Positions 25,890 through 38,068 of a stretch of 64,000 nucleotides of DNA are shown in pieces. Source of the DNA: Marsupella aquatica (Eukaryota; Plantae; Marchantiophyta); contig OZ316891.1 of NCBI GenBank assembly GCA_973895155.1, forward strand, positions 3,733,801-3,797,800, read 5' to 3'. The translations under genes and the position numbers were made by a program. Under the pieces are notes generated by a model that was not told where the DNA came from, did not search any database, and saw nothing but the letters and a program-made list of their open reading frames with translations. Every line of letters begins with the position of its first letter. The stretch's first letter is position 1.

Positions 25890-28800
25890 TCAAAAGCCGG
25901 TTTCTGCATCTGACCTAGCCTCAACCTCTGATCTAGTTTCTTCCTCGTGAAGGGTATCCATGTCCTCATCAGTGCCAACACCATCATGCTCTACACCCTG
26001 AGTCTCTCCATCGCTCATGTCCTCGAGGGCTTCAAACTCAACTTCATCTGCCTCGCCGTCTAATCTAGTAAGTTCTCCACTGTCCTCCTCTGCAAGACTT
26101 GTCTGCACATCTTCTGCATCGGAATCAATACCGTCTTCATTTTCGGTTTCCTGTACATTTTCCGTGTCTGGTCTACCTACTTCTGCATCACTGGTCCTAT
26201 CATTACTCTCTTGCCACTCAAAAAATTGCAAGGTCTTTTCTGAAAACTCCAGGAGGAACATGTTGTTCACAAAAAAACGGAAAGATTGCAAAAGATGACT
26301 TTTCTCCCGACGGATATCTGATTCCAAAAGCTTTGCGAGTAGTGTAGGTGCTCGTTTTGGGCCTGGCTGTGCTGCTGATACATCAAAGTCATTTTTCTTC
26401 TTCTTGGGTCTGCGCTCGTGCAAAAATTCACATCTGTTTCCTTTTTTGCATCGTCCTCTCTTAAAGAAGAAGCACAACTTCTCTGACGTCTTACTGGGTA
26501 CATTGTGATCCTTCTCATCAGCAGGAATGCCACCAGGTTGTTCAACAGCTTCATTCTCAAGGGCCTCCTTTACTTCAACGACCCCTCCTTGTGTTTCCTT
26601 AATATTCGACAAACTTGGTGCAGGTGCAGCAATATAGTTTGATCCATCCAAGATTCGAGGTACCTTAATAGGAGGCTCCTTGTCCTCTTCCTCGTTCGCA
26701 AAAGCATTGGAAACCTGTCCACGATCAGCTCCACGCTTCGCATTTCTGTTGTTGTCATTTGGGCCTGATCTAGAGCTTTCACCTCTGGCGCACTTCCCCT
26801 TCAAGGAACCGTATCGATCAGACATATAGTAGGAAGGTACCTCTGCTACAGGAACACCCAGCTCTGCCTGCTTAGCTAGGATCTCCTTCAGCCTCTGAAA
26901 GCACCAGTGGATCGCAGCAGAATAATCTATTGTTAGTCGTTTTCTATGGAAATCAAGTGAGGTTCTCGAAAATTAAACATGTTTGTCAACAATACAGGAA
27001 TGAAAGCATACCTCTCTGCGTTTTCTGGCATCTTCATCTACCAATTCCCCCCTCAGCTTTCTGGCCTTCATCTCCTCTTCCTGTTGAAATAGCAGAGGTA
27101 CAAGTCAGAACAGAAGAACCCTGTCCGGCCCAAGAAATAGCAGATAGGCAAGTATACCCAGGTATCAGTGATTTCGTAAGACATCTTGGTTACGCGAAAA
27201 GATAGTACAGAAGTTTAGAATAGATATCCATCGCATGCTTATAAAGTAATACAATGCCGCATCTTTCAAACTAGTATCGCGGAGTAGTGGTCTATGTCCG
27301 CGTACAAGCACTCGATTGAAAGCAGAGTTGAAGAAGAGCTCACCTTTAGCTTCATATTTGCGGCCGTAGGGTAGTGCTTCTTGCGCTCTTCGATCCACTT
27401 TGCAATTTCTTCCTCACTCTCCCTCGACTTAAATTTACTCCTGAATGCGACAGCATCAGAGGCTGATGAGTATGCTAAGAAGCAAATCAATAACTGTGAG
27501 CCACGCTATCGCTGCTACTAATCCCCACGAAATAAATAGGTAGAAAATACGCCCGTCGGAGATAAGACTAAAGCGGAACAACCTCCGAACTCTTAACATA
27601 ACTCTTAACAGTACTAAGCTAGGTGCCTCCAATATCTGTCTGTGAAGCACAACCTTACCTCACTAGTGGGTCCGAAGCAGAGTTGTCATGAGTCGATTGC
27701 TTATGCTCCTTTACTACCCTTCCTGTTCGTGCCATGTCGACTATTAGAGTGCTTCGAACCAGTGTTGCTGCTCCCCGGGTTCCCTCCCAATTGCCTCGTT
27801 CCACTTCGTTCGACAACGGGTGGATCTGAAGGGGGAGCAAAGGGACCGGGATCTCTAACTGACGAAGCATTACCTGAACCTACGCTAGAATTGGCATTTA
27901 CTGTCAAGCATCACTTACAAGCTCCTATCATCCTTCGTCTTGCAAAATTCTGAAGCCTATACCATTCTACAAATGTGGTCTTGAAGGTCCAACAGATGGT
28001 TTCAAGGATTTGCATCGCATTACAAGATCAAATCGAAGGTAAACAAAGATCGATGCGTTGAAGACGGTTTCGGCCCGAGGTATCTACATGCCTTATGCTT
28101 AGGTCAAACACGCTGAAGGTCGGAAGAGATCAAATGACAGAGAAATGGCCCACCTGAAGCTTCAAAAGAGCAGCCTTCCACATCACACTTCAGATGAGTG
28201 TTATTGTGAGCAGTAAACTGTTGTGAATTTTTGAATGTCCGATCACATGCGTCGCATCGCAACGATCCTGCCTGTGATCTGAACACTCAGTTTGCACTCT
28301 ATTTGTCAAACTTACAACGAGCAAAACATCTCCGACCAGTATGGCGGTTGTCCAGACTAACTAAAATGAAGGGTTCCAGAATTGAAGCACAAAAAGATTG
28401 GAAAGCTTTCGGAGAAAGCCAGAACTAAATTGATCCAGTACTGCCAGCACATCAAACCCCCACTTGGGTCAAGACGACAGACCTGGTTGGTTCTTCAGAT
28501 CGCCCTCTCTCAAATTTGCCACCCTTGAAGCGGGGAATAGGAACAGGACCGCCTCCTCCACCTCCATCACGGGACCAATTTCCTACCGCCCTATTATTCT
28601 TGTCATAAGGCTTGTTGTGATAGTTCCCGATTCCGTGAAGATGGCCGACCGCATGCGAGCCAGCGCGAGAGAATTCAGCTGGCCGCATGCCATCTTGGGA
28701 TCGCAGAGAGATTCGAGGCAAAGAAGCAGCAGCATACTGGCCAGTGCCATCGTACGGGTGCGCCCACTGTTGACTTCCATGCACTGCGTCTCCATTATGA

Positions 28801-29770
28801 AATTGAGGAAGTGGAACTCCATTCAAGCCTAAAGTAACGGACCTTAGATCTTGGAGATGCGCTACTTGCTGCTGTTGCTGTACATGCTCCCAAAGCCTGT
28901 TAAAAGTCTTAGACAGCTTACCCTTAAAACCCTGATCTCCTCCCAAACATAGACACGAAACATTGCCTTCAGAAGAATAACAGGGTCAAGATAGTCAAGA
29001 TAACAGACCTGATTTGGTCTTCAGATCGCCCTCGCTCAAATTTCCCTCCCTCGAAGGAGCGCATTGGAACAGGACCACCTCCTCCACCTCCACCACGGGA
29101 CCAATTTCCTGCCGCCCCATTGTTTATGTCATAAACATTGTTGTGATAGTTCCCGATTCCTTGAAGATGGCCGACCGCATGCGAGCCAGCGCGAGAGAAT
29201 TCAACTGGGCGCATACCATCTTGGGATAGAAGAGAGATTCGAGGCACAGAGGCAGTAGCCCCATAGTGGCCCGTGCCATCGTACAGATGTGCCCACTGTT
29301 GGCTTCCACGCACTGGGTCTCCATTATGGACTTGAGAAAGTGGCAATCCATTCAGGCCTAAAGAAACGGACCTTAGATCTTGGAAATGCGCTACTTGCTG
29401 CTGCTGGTGTACATGCTGCTGAACCAGATTAGCCTCATTGGATTGTCTACTCACTGGATGTGCCCACTGTTGACCTCCACGCAATGCGTCTCCTTTATGG
29501 ACTTGAGAAAGTGGAACTCCATTCAAGCCTGAAGAACCGGACCTTGGATCTTGGAGATGAGCTACCTGCTTCTGTTGCTGCACATGCTGCTGGACCAGAT
29601 TAGATCCCATCCCATATGTGAGTAGACAGCCCGCACCAGAATATAAACCCGTGTTCAGTCTGCTCAACCGTAAGGGTCGAGGGTTCAAGCTGTAGGGTTT
29701 AAGCGCTTCTCCTCCACGTTACGCAAATTTAGGCAGTCTCTTCACCTCGCCGATACCTGACATATCCCAT
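25890..29770 (-). CDS. NUFIP1: NUFIP1/Rsa1-domain snoRNP assembly factor with C2H2 and CCCH zinc fingers; multi-exon
   Basis: EEEIAKWIEERKKHYPTAAN (NUFIP1 motif, about 27350-27430); CDACDRTFKNSQQFTAHNNTHLKCDVEGCSF (C2H2); CFFFKRGRCKKGNRCEFLH (CCCH); PTLLAKLLESDIRREKSHLLQSFRFFVNN; acidic tail. Proposed ATG at 29770, spliced in frame to an exon starting at 29689. Confidence 0.85.
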
Positions 29771-30024
29771 CTTGTATAAAATGCCGAGGAAAGTGAGGGC
29801 TCTCCCTAACGACAGTGCTGTCCGTCCATCCCTAGGGAGAAATCGTACGGAAGAGGTGAAGAAACCGGAGATCCTTAATTACTTTTCAATGGCTTCGTAG
29901 ACCAAGTTATCCGGGAGTCCCGATTGCCGCAGAGAAGTTCAAGTGAGCTGCAGGAGCCACCATTGCACAAACTTCAGAACGTCAAATACAATCGATCACT
30001 GAATGCTCGGGCACAGAGACAGTA

Positions 30025-30945
30025 TTTGTAAAGCTAAGGCTTACGTGCTGAGCTTTGACAGAATACTTTAAACCAAACGTACTAGCGAATGGAAACTAGA
30101 CTATAGTGAGAGTAGAGCTAAGATTTCTTTGAGGGAGACTGAGATTGAAAAACCTTTCCGCATGGCTGCGAATGACATGAACGAGACTATTTATAAAGCT
30201 AAAATTCCTGTGCTGAGCTTTCACGAATTGCTTCAAACCAAATGTACTAGAGAACGAAAACAAGGCAATAGTGAGAGTAGAGCTAAGATTTCTTTGAGGG
30301 AGCTTGAGATAGTGAACATGCTTCCACATAGCTGCGAATGACTTGAACGAGAGTGTTGGTAAAGCTAAAAATCCTGTGCTGGGCTTTGACGAAATCCTTC
30401 AAATCACATGTAGTAGCGAACGAAAACGAGCCAAGAGTGAGTGTAGAGATTAAATTTCTTTTAGTGGAGCTTGAGCTTAGAGAGAAAAGTTGTGAACGAC
30501 TCGAACGAGACAGAGAGTTAATTCGTAGAGCTGAGAAGATTGCTGTGCGGACCCTGAACAAAATGCATCAACCTATTGCTGTCGTTGGGAACGAATAGAA
30601 GAATCAAATTGACGAATCGAACGAGAGCTTCCGAAGACTGACAGAATCAGAGAAGCAGAGCGAGTAAAACGAGAGAAAATGGTCTTGCACCCACAATCCA
30701 GCTTGAGAATCAGAAAAAAAGTCCCGAACGACTCGAACGCGACACAGCGCAAATTCAGAGAGCTGACAAGATTTCTGCGCGGACCTTCAACAAAGTAAAT
30801 TCAACCTACTGCTGTCGTTGCGGACTAATTGAAGAACCAAATTCACGATTCGAACGAGGGCTTCCGCTGAATTGGAAAACCAACTTGACGAATCGAGCGA
30901 GAGTTCCGAAGACTGAGTGAGAGAAGCTGAGAGCACAACGAGAGG
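30025..30945. repeat. Degenerate tandem repeats (about 165 bp x3, then about 230 bp x2) upstream of the NUFIP1 CDS
   Basis: AAAGCTAA..GTGCTG(A/G)GCTTT..GTGAGAGTAGAGCTAAGATTTCTTT three times; GAACGACTCGAACG..CGGACC..CAACCTA(T/C)TGCTGTCGTTG..TTGACGAATCGA twice. Confidence 0.75.
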
Positions 30946-31008
30946 ACACGATTTTGCGCCAACATCAGAGCGAGCTCGAGCTCCTGCTCCCGCAGCCTCC
31001 GGAGGGTC

Positions 31009-31016
31009 TAGGGTTT
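31009..31016 (-). promoter_or_regulatory. Telo-box AAACCCTA near the probable NUFIP1 transcription start
   Basis: TAGGGTTT on the + strand in a CpG-rich patch. A second copy lies at 29693-29700. Confidence 0.45.
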
Positions 31017-34000
31017 CTCTTCCTGTGCCCCCGACTTCTCTCGAAGCTCTAGGGTTCCTTTGAGCTCCTGGATCCTAATAACAACAGTAGCACGCGGCCC
31101 TGCCAAATGGCGCCTGCCACCTGGCGCCTGGTCCTGACTGGATCCAAATGCAAAAGAATCCAACGCAATGGAACTCTGGATATATAATTATACGAGAGTG
31201 CCAAACCCCAAAAGCGACCAACTCGGAAATACCATACCAAACGCAAAATAGATTTCACAAATATAATACACAAATAGACATTTTATTCTTTCATCGCATT
31301 ACAAAATTCAATATTGATGGGAATAAAAACTTGCGGTTAGACATTTGAGTGTATTTTTTGTATCCGTTCACTTTACTTGCGAGGGCTCCCACACCCTATA
31401 ACACCATCCGTTCCCTCGACCCACCCACCCCACTCTATGCCTACCTCTACACCTTGCTCTCAAATACTTGTCTTGCGTCTGTCATGAATGAGGTAACCCC
31501 AATGCCTCATTCCCCCTCCCCTCTGTAGTTCCATGCCTCTCATGATTTCAATTGATGGACCTTATCAATTCCCTCCCTCCCTCATGAATGCTCCCCCCAT
31601 GCCTCCGTCAGTCCATCCCGTCCCATCCCCTCCGTGCATTCATTAATTATGGACCCCCTTTCACTATGGACCGGCCGGCTCTTCTTGCACTGTGCAACAC
31701 ACGGGCATAGGGCTCATACCCAATAAAGGGAGGGAGAGGAGAAGACAAGTGAAATATCACAAGAAAACCAAAGCCCAACAAGCCAGGTATCCCTCAACCA
31801 TTTGGGGGCTGTTTGGCTAGAGACTGTAGCAACCCAATAAAGGAATGAAGAGCAAAAAGAGAAACCTCAAGAAGACCAACAAGATCCAACAAGCCAGGGA
31901 TCCCTAAGGTCCAATGTTGAGGGTCGCACATAGCCGCCCTCAACATTGCAGCCCTCAACACTAGCAAAACAAATGGGAAAAAGTATATTTGCTCCCTTGC
32001 AATGTCAACAGTGCACAAGGCTGGTTGTGTCCCTGCAATGTTGTTTTTGGGGTGAACACATCTCTACCCTCTATTAAGTCATGACCATTGGATCTCCCTT
32101 GATTTAAGGACAATAGTTAGATTTTGGCAACTAAGTGGGAAACTAGCTAATGGAATTACCCCAAAACGTAACAAATATTGTCAAAAATGAAACAGACTTT
32201 TCACAAATATTGAAAAGCCTCTAAACCCCTAAATTTAGAATGGGCTGTTTGGCTAACAATCACTGAAATAACCAACGCACTAGCACTTTGGACCCCTAAA
32301 CGTTTTTGGGGCTGTTTGGCTGGAAAATGCAAAAGCAATCCCTCTCATAGGAACTCTGGCTTCCTCATCGTTGTTTGATCTATTTGGCTCAAAAGTCCAA
32401 TGCACTGGAACTCTGGATCCCAAAAAATAGTATGGGATGTTAGGCTCAAATCTCCAAAACAAATCCAATGCCCTGAAGCTGTGGATCCCTAACTGTTTTT
32501 TTGGACTGTTTGGCTAAAGAATGCCAAAAAAAACTCCAACGTCAGGTTACGGATCTCTAAAACTAATCATTGGGCTAGTTGGCTAAAACATGCAAGAAAA
32601 TCCATTGAAACTTTTGTGGACTACTTCCCATCGTCCAGAGTTTTGCTTAAAAATGGCCTATCTCACATTGTTCAGGGTTTGGCTCAAATGCAAAATAATT
32701 CAACGCACTTGAAATATGGATCAGTACTCCATTTTTGTCCACAATTAGGAGGGGTCTGGTTAAGTCTAAATTACCTCATTGGTGCCCACAAGATGTAGGA
32801 GAGGCCGCGTTAAGTCCATTGGCTTTTTCATTTAAGGACTCCTTTTGCAAATTGGACTGGTGTACTTTTCTTATCAACGGTGGACTTATGCTTAGAGTTT
32901 TGGAGAGAAAAGGGCTTCATGGAAAACAAACCCCTTACGAGGCCCCTTCTTTGGGACTTTTTGGGACCCCCACTCCCTGCAGCCCTGCACATTCCCTGTA
33001 GCCCACTAACGCTTGGAGTGGTCCAGAGTGGACCTGTAGCCCTGTTGTCCTGCCAGCCTATTTTCGAAGGATTTAAAAATAATAATTTGGCAGAGTGAGG
33101 GATGTTACCTGGTGTGAAGTAGAATATTCCTAGATCTAAGGAGAACTGCCAGATTTTGGCTAGTGGGGTCTTTGGCTAGGTGGGAAAGTAGGAACCAAAT
33201 CTCTGCAGCCCGCCGATCCCTGCAGCCCCCAATACCTGCAGTCCCCCAATCCCTGTAGCCCCTGCACTCTCGTCACTAACCCCCCTCCCCCAAATAAAGA
33301 ACTTGGAATGCCAAGAACATAATTAATTAAGAGCCATATTCTCATTGAGCTTAGGTTCTTAGTGCTTCCAAATTAGAGTAACTCGGTTTGGAATTAGTTT
33401 TTGGACCAACGCATATTTTAGGGATAAACTGTAAGGTTAGGGAAATGTTAGTGTAAGCGTCTTGTAGATCGAAGAGAGTGAAGTAGTAGTAGGACCTGAC
33501 AACTTGATCTCAAGCAGAGTAGTTAAGATCTATGCATGAGTCTAATATTCTCCAGTGTGTACGAAAAGGCTTAGCCAAATAATTTATTTTTATTCTGTCT
33601 AGTTATTGCAAAACTTCACTGGCTAATTTTTGGTATTTTTGGTAGACCCCATTAGCCAAAATCTGACTGTCCTCCTTGAATCTAGAGAAATCTAAGAAGA
33701 CTACACAAGGAATGTTTCTTTTTTTTTGCCTTGAGAACCTAAAGTAGGCCCATTTAACAAAGTATAATTGTCCTGCTTTGGAGCATGCATTTCTATGTAG
33801 GGTAACCACAATGAGACAATACCCAAGGACCCAGACCAAGAGGGAAAGAGTATTAAACCAGAACCCCAAGGCGGGCAACCAGGGGCTGAGAAGATAATCA
33901 ATATTCCCAATCCCATCATTGCATCCCACACACACATACTCTCCACACCCCTTTGGAGGGAGTATTGAAGGGGGACCTCTAAGCTCATTATCAACACCAT

Positions 34001-34550
34001 TGCAAAAGACTAACAACCTTAAACTTGCAAAAGAAGAACAACCTTAAACTTGCAAAAGAAGAGCAACCTTTAAACATAGGGAGGTAGGGCCAAAACGGAG
34101 GGAATGGGCCACGGGCTACAGTGTAGTTTCAAACGGAGGGCCCTACTCCAAGGATTATTTCCCTAGTGGGGCCAAAAATGTTTTTTGTCAAGTTTTGGGC
34201 TGAAGCCTCTGGTCAGGAGCCAGGAGCATATGGTCAGTAGCCTACCCTCACTTCTTGTAAAGTCAAGTAGTACAGCCGCCGCTACTGAACACATGTCATC
34301 CCAGTGAGGTAATGTATGACGAGAGAAATCTAGTCGATGGACCCATAAGTGATCCAGACCGTCAATAGACATGAAATGGACGTACCCAAAACTTTCAAGG
34401 GTCCATCAAACAACAATTCGGGGTCATCGAGTATATATCTGAACAATATTTCACGAGGAGAACTCGAATTGCGCTTTGAAGAGTGAGGAAAGTTATTTTC
34501 TACTGTAGCGATAGTGGAGGTACTCGAGGAGAGTGGCAATTCGAATTTCA

Positions 34551-35060
34551 ATGGCGGTGGAGGCGAAAGCGGATCTGGTGTTGCAGCTTCTGCAAGCCAA
34601 GAAGGAGAGTGGCAAGACGTTCTCTCAAATCGCCGAAGCGACCGGTCTCACCAACGCGTACGTTGGGCAATTGTTTCATCGGCAGATGCCGGTGAAGCCA
34701 CATGTTGTGGAGAAGCTGAGGTCTGCAGTGCCGCAGCTGACGCCGGAATTGCTCGAGAAAATGCAGGAGGTCCCGCGGCGCTCGTACGATCCGACCATCC
34801 TGCAAGACCCCACCATTTACAGGATCTACGAGGCTGTGGTTCACTACGGTGAGAGCTTCAAAGAGATCATCAACGAGGAGTGTGGAGATGGAATTGTGTC
34901 GGCAATTGGATTCTTTGCCACTGTTGACAAAATCAAGGGCAAAGACGGTGAAGATCGAGTGGCGATCACCTTCAATGGCAAATATCTGCCTTACACCGAA
35001 CAAGTTTCTTCTTCTAACACGGCTGCAGTTGCAAAATCTTTGAACGACATACGACTTTGA
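34551..35060 (+). CDS. CYN: Cyanate hydratase (cyanase), single exon, 169 aa
   Basis: [26 protein letters not shown]...[45 protein letters not shown]...[14 protein letters not shown]. Catalytic Arg, Glu and Ser equivalents are present. Confidence 0.95.
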   Translation: MAVEAKADLVLQLLQAKKESGKTFSQIAEATGLTNAYVGQLFHRQMPVKPHVVEKLRSAVPQLTPELLEKMQEVPRRSYDPTILQDPTIYRIYEAVVHYGESFKEIINEECGDGIVSAIGFFATVDKIKGKDGEDRVAITFNGKYLPYTEQVSSSNTAAVAKSLNDIRL

Positions 35061-36326
35061 GTCATTGCTTCATGTCAACACTCTTCCAATAGTTTCCAGA
35101 ATTGCTGAAGGTGCCAGCAGCATCAGGGTCTGGCATACGAGAAACTTTCTTATGCATAGAGTGAATCAATGGGTTTTTTTGTTTCGCTCACGAGTTCATT
35201 GCTGGACATGTGAAGAGTATCTAATGCCCAGGTTCAGAGCAATCTTAGGAGATGTGAATCAATGGGTTTTTTGTTCCGCTCACGAGTTCATTGCTGGACA
35301 TGTGAACAGGATCTAATGCCCAGATTCAGTGCAATACTGTGAAGAGTTTCTAGACAGTATGCTTGTTCCCGAAAACTTCGTGAACGTGATTCAGAATGCT
35401 TTTAGTTTGTTAGTAGAGAACTCATGTACTAAGGATTGAATTGTATTTCAACCAGTACTCTTGCTTTTGGCCCAAACCAGTTCTTGCACGGATGGTCTTC
35501 GTACGTCTCTTTAGGATTTGCATTTGGATTTTCCTTCTGAGAAACCTAACTGGGCACCTCTCTTCTGCTCTACAAGAGCTACGTCAAATCTAGCGGTAGG
35601 ATTGGTCTACTATCCCCACTCACACGGAGAGAATAAATGGATGGAGGAAGCCACTGTCACACACCAAAGCGAAGACAACTGTGGGTGCTGGCGCAAAAAC
35701 GATTTCTGTTCCCTTTTGAGCCTGTCAGTCTAGTCGATCGATCTTATTGGGTACTGTGGTCTACATGACTTTGCTTTTGCTCTCCGCATTTGAGAGTTAG
35801 TCGTCATGATTTTGCTTTTGCTCTGCGCATTTGAGAGCTAGTCATTTTTAGGAATATTCTGTCTCTCGAGGTTTCCTGGCTGTAATCTCTGTACGTCTAT
35901 CCCAACATTTCTAGAATTTCTCTGAAGCGCCTGTAGTGTCTGTACTCAAATTTGATCAAATTTTGCTCGAGAGCTTCTAGTCTGCGAACCTGGCGTCCAT
36001 TCTTCTTTCAGGTCATTTGTCCTGCAAACGAACTGCTATAACAAATTGATAGCGTTGTCTAATCACAACTAGCAACGAAGCACAACGGGAGCATCCATTT
36101 CTACCAGTATTTCGGCACAGAGCTATTTTAGTTTCTTACCATTATCGAAAGGAACACACATTCATTCTCGTAACTGTAACTGTGGAGATGTAACACACAT
36201 TCATTCACACATTCATTCTCGTAACTGTGTAGATTTAACTGACATTGTTTCACTATACAGCACGGTGTTGCGATTTCGTTACAGCCTCAGAGCTCACAAC
36301 GTCTTCCTTTACGTCGTCAAAGAAGA

Positions 36327-36500
36327 TGTACCTGGATACTACGGCGGGAGCCCCGATTCAGTCCACAGAGGCAAGAGCGAATGATGGAAAAGTCGCCAAA
36401 AGTCGTTTCGCTTCGCGAGCGCAGCCTGCTGTTGCTAAAAACGCCAATAACGGAAAGACCGGCGGAGGTGCTGGTTCAGGCTCGGCGAAAAACTATATCG
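36327..36500 (+). pseudogene. Degenerate paralog of the SMP-like microprotein
   Basis: MYLDTTAGAPIQSTEARANDGKVAKSRFASRAQPAVAKN. The original ATG reads ACG, motif residues are substituted, and the stop is lost so the frame runs into the transposon. Confidence 0.65.
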
Positions 36501-37307
36501 AAGGTCATATCCTTCAAGCGGGCATTCGAGCTTGTATCGACCTGAATCTTAGACACCCAATGAAGTCTGCGGCAAGTTGGAGCTGTGACGGCAATTTAGT
36601 AGGCAAAAATAGGGCATCTCAAACTATCGATTTCCCTGGTCGTTTTACTGTGCCGAAATTGCGCGGGCAGGGCCGTGACCGGAAAGTGGGCGGTGCCCGA
36701 AATCGGTGACCGTCAATAACTCGGACAGTCACATTACTGTTACCGTGGGTCCATGACTAACCCTATAGTCTGAGGGACGCACTGAGAGAGAAACTAGCTG
36801 CGCGCGACAGAGAAGCCGGGGATGTGTGCGACAGAGAAACTGTTCCTTCTCGCACTGTGCATGTTTGTGCGACTACATGCAGGGCGCCCATGATCGCAAG
36901 GCTGTCAACTCATAGCGATTGACGCTTTTTTCGTGTAAGTTTGTTATGGTTTTGGGCTCCCACTTAAGCAAGTCATTTAGAGTACAGGAGATCGCTTTAG
37001 GCTGACATGCTAGAGTTGCATGTTGATGCTCGATTTTGTGAGCAGCTGCAAGTGAGGAGCTGCCAGTGAGGAGCTGCAAGTGAGTGTAAACAAAACTACG
37101 GCTAAGTGTAAAGGACCCACCTTCGACATCCTGAGAGGCTACGACTGAGCATACTTGCAGGACGACCCCGATTGTTTGGCACTCGACTCACACCTGATTG
37201 TAAGTTAAAGATCACCTCAATGTTTTTCCGCTTTTGTTTCCTGCAATGCTCACAACCAGGACAAGGGATGCTGAATGGCTGAATGCTTTGTCGTTTGCCA
37301 GGAGGCC

Positions 37308-37906
37308 ATGGCTCATTGGATTTCTTTGTCAGACGTGGAGGACAAGAGGGCTAGAGGCATGAGTACGCAGTTCGCACCGTCTTTAGTTTGGGAAACAACT
37401 ACACAGCTCGAAATCCCTACCCTCAAAAATTCGTTTACTCCTCTTGCCCTCATAGGGACAATGATGGCCATCGATGTAACAAATCTTTAGAATGGGGCGA
37501 TATATGTGGATATCACTTACCTGGAGAACCTGCCTTTCGATTCCAACTGGTCTTGTTTGATGCCATTCATGGTGGTGTGCAGCCTGTGACAATCCTGCTG
37601 TGGAATTGCGCTACCATTCTCTTGAATTATACAGCACTTGAATTCAGCATTCTACCTGAATTTGAGCAAATTCAGATTGTTTATGACATTCTGAAGCATT
37701 CGCCCAAGCTACAAGTCTCTCTTGAAGTGAAGGGACTCGAGATGCACATTCAGAGATTGAGTTTTGTGGATCCTGGAATTCCCAGGACGCCTACAAAAAC
37801 CCTTGTCAAACCGAAGTCCAGTCCTGGGAAACCTAAGAGTGCCAAGAAAATCCTAGCAGACCTCGTGTTGCAATTGAAGAATGCAGATTTAGAGGACTCG
37901 GATTAG
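37308..37906 (+). pseudogene. Transposon-borne RPA1 C-terminal (DBD-C)-like OB-fold/zinc-ribbon protein with one frameshift near 37352
   Basis: MAHWISLSDVEDKRA / RHEYAVRTVFSL...KFVYSSCPHRDNDGHRCNKSLEWGDICGYH...AFRFQLVLFD...VTILLWNCATILLNYTA follows the RPA1-C pattern WxTLxEV..Y..A.V..YxACP..CNKK..CxxC..YRxxLxxxxD..VTxF. Confidence 0.6.
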
Positions 37907-38068
37907 GGATTACAATTGTATGCACTCGGCCCTCATATTCAGGATGTCTACACTTTCAGGATGCGCAATGTTGCAAGCTTAGAAAGAAATTTATACTTAT
38001 TGAATAAAATTTGGCTCATTTTGGTATAAACTGACTTTATCACTTCTTCACAGCTGTTAGGGTCGAAC

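Noticed and set aside
31350-34330. CpG-depleted repeat-like region with recurring GGGCTGTTTGGCT motifs
   Set aside because: Probably transposon debris, but no termini or protein motifs could be defined.
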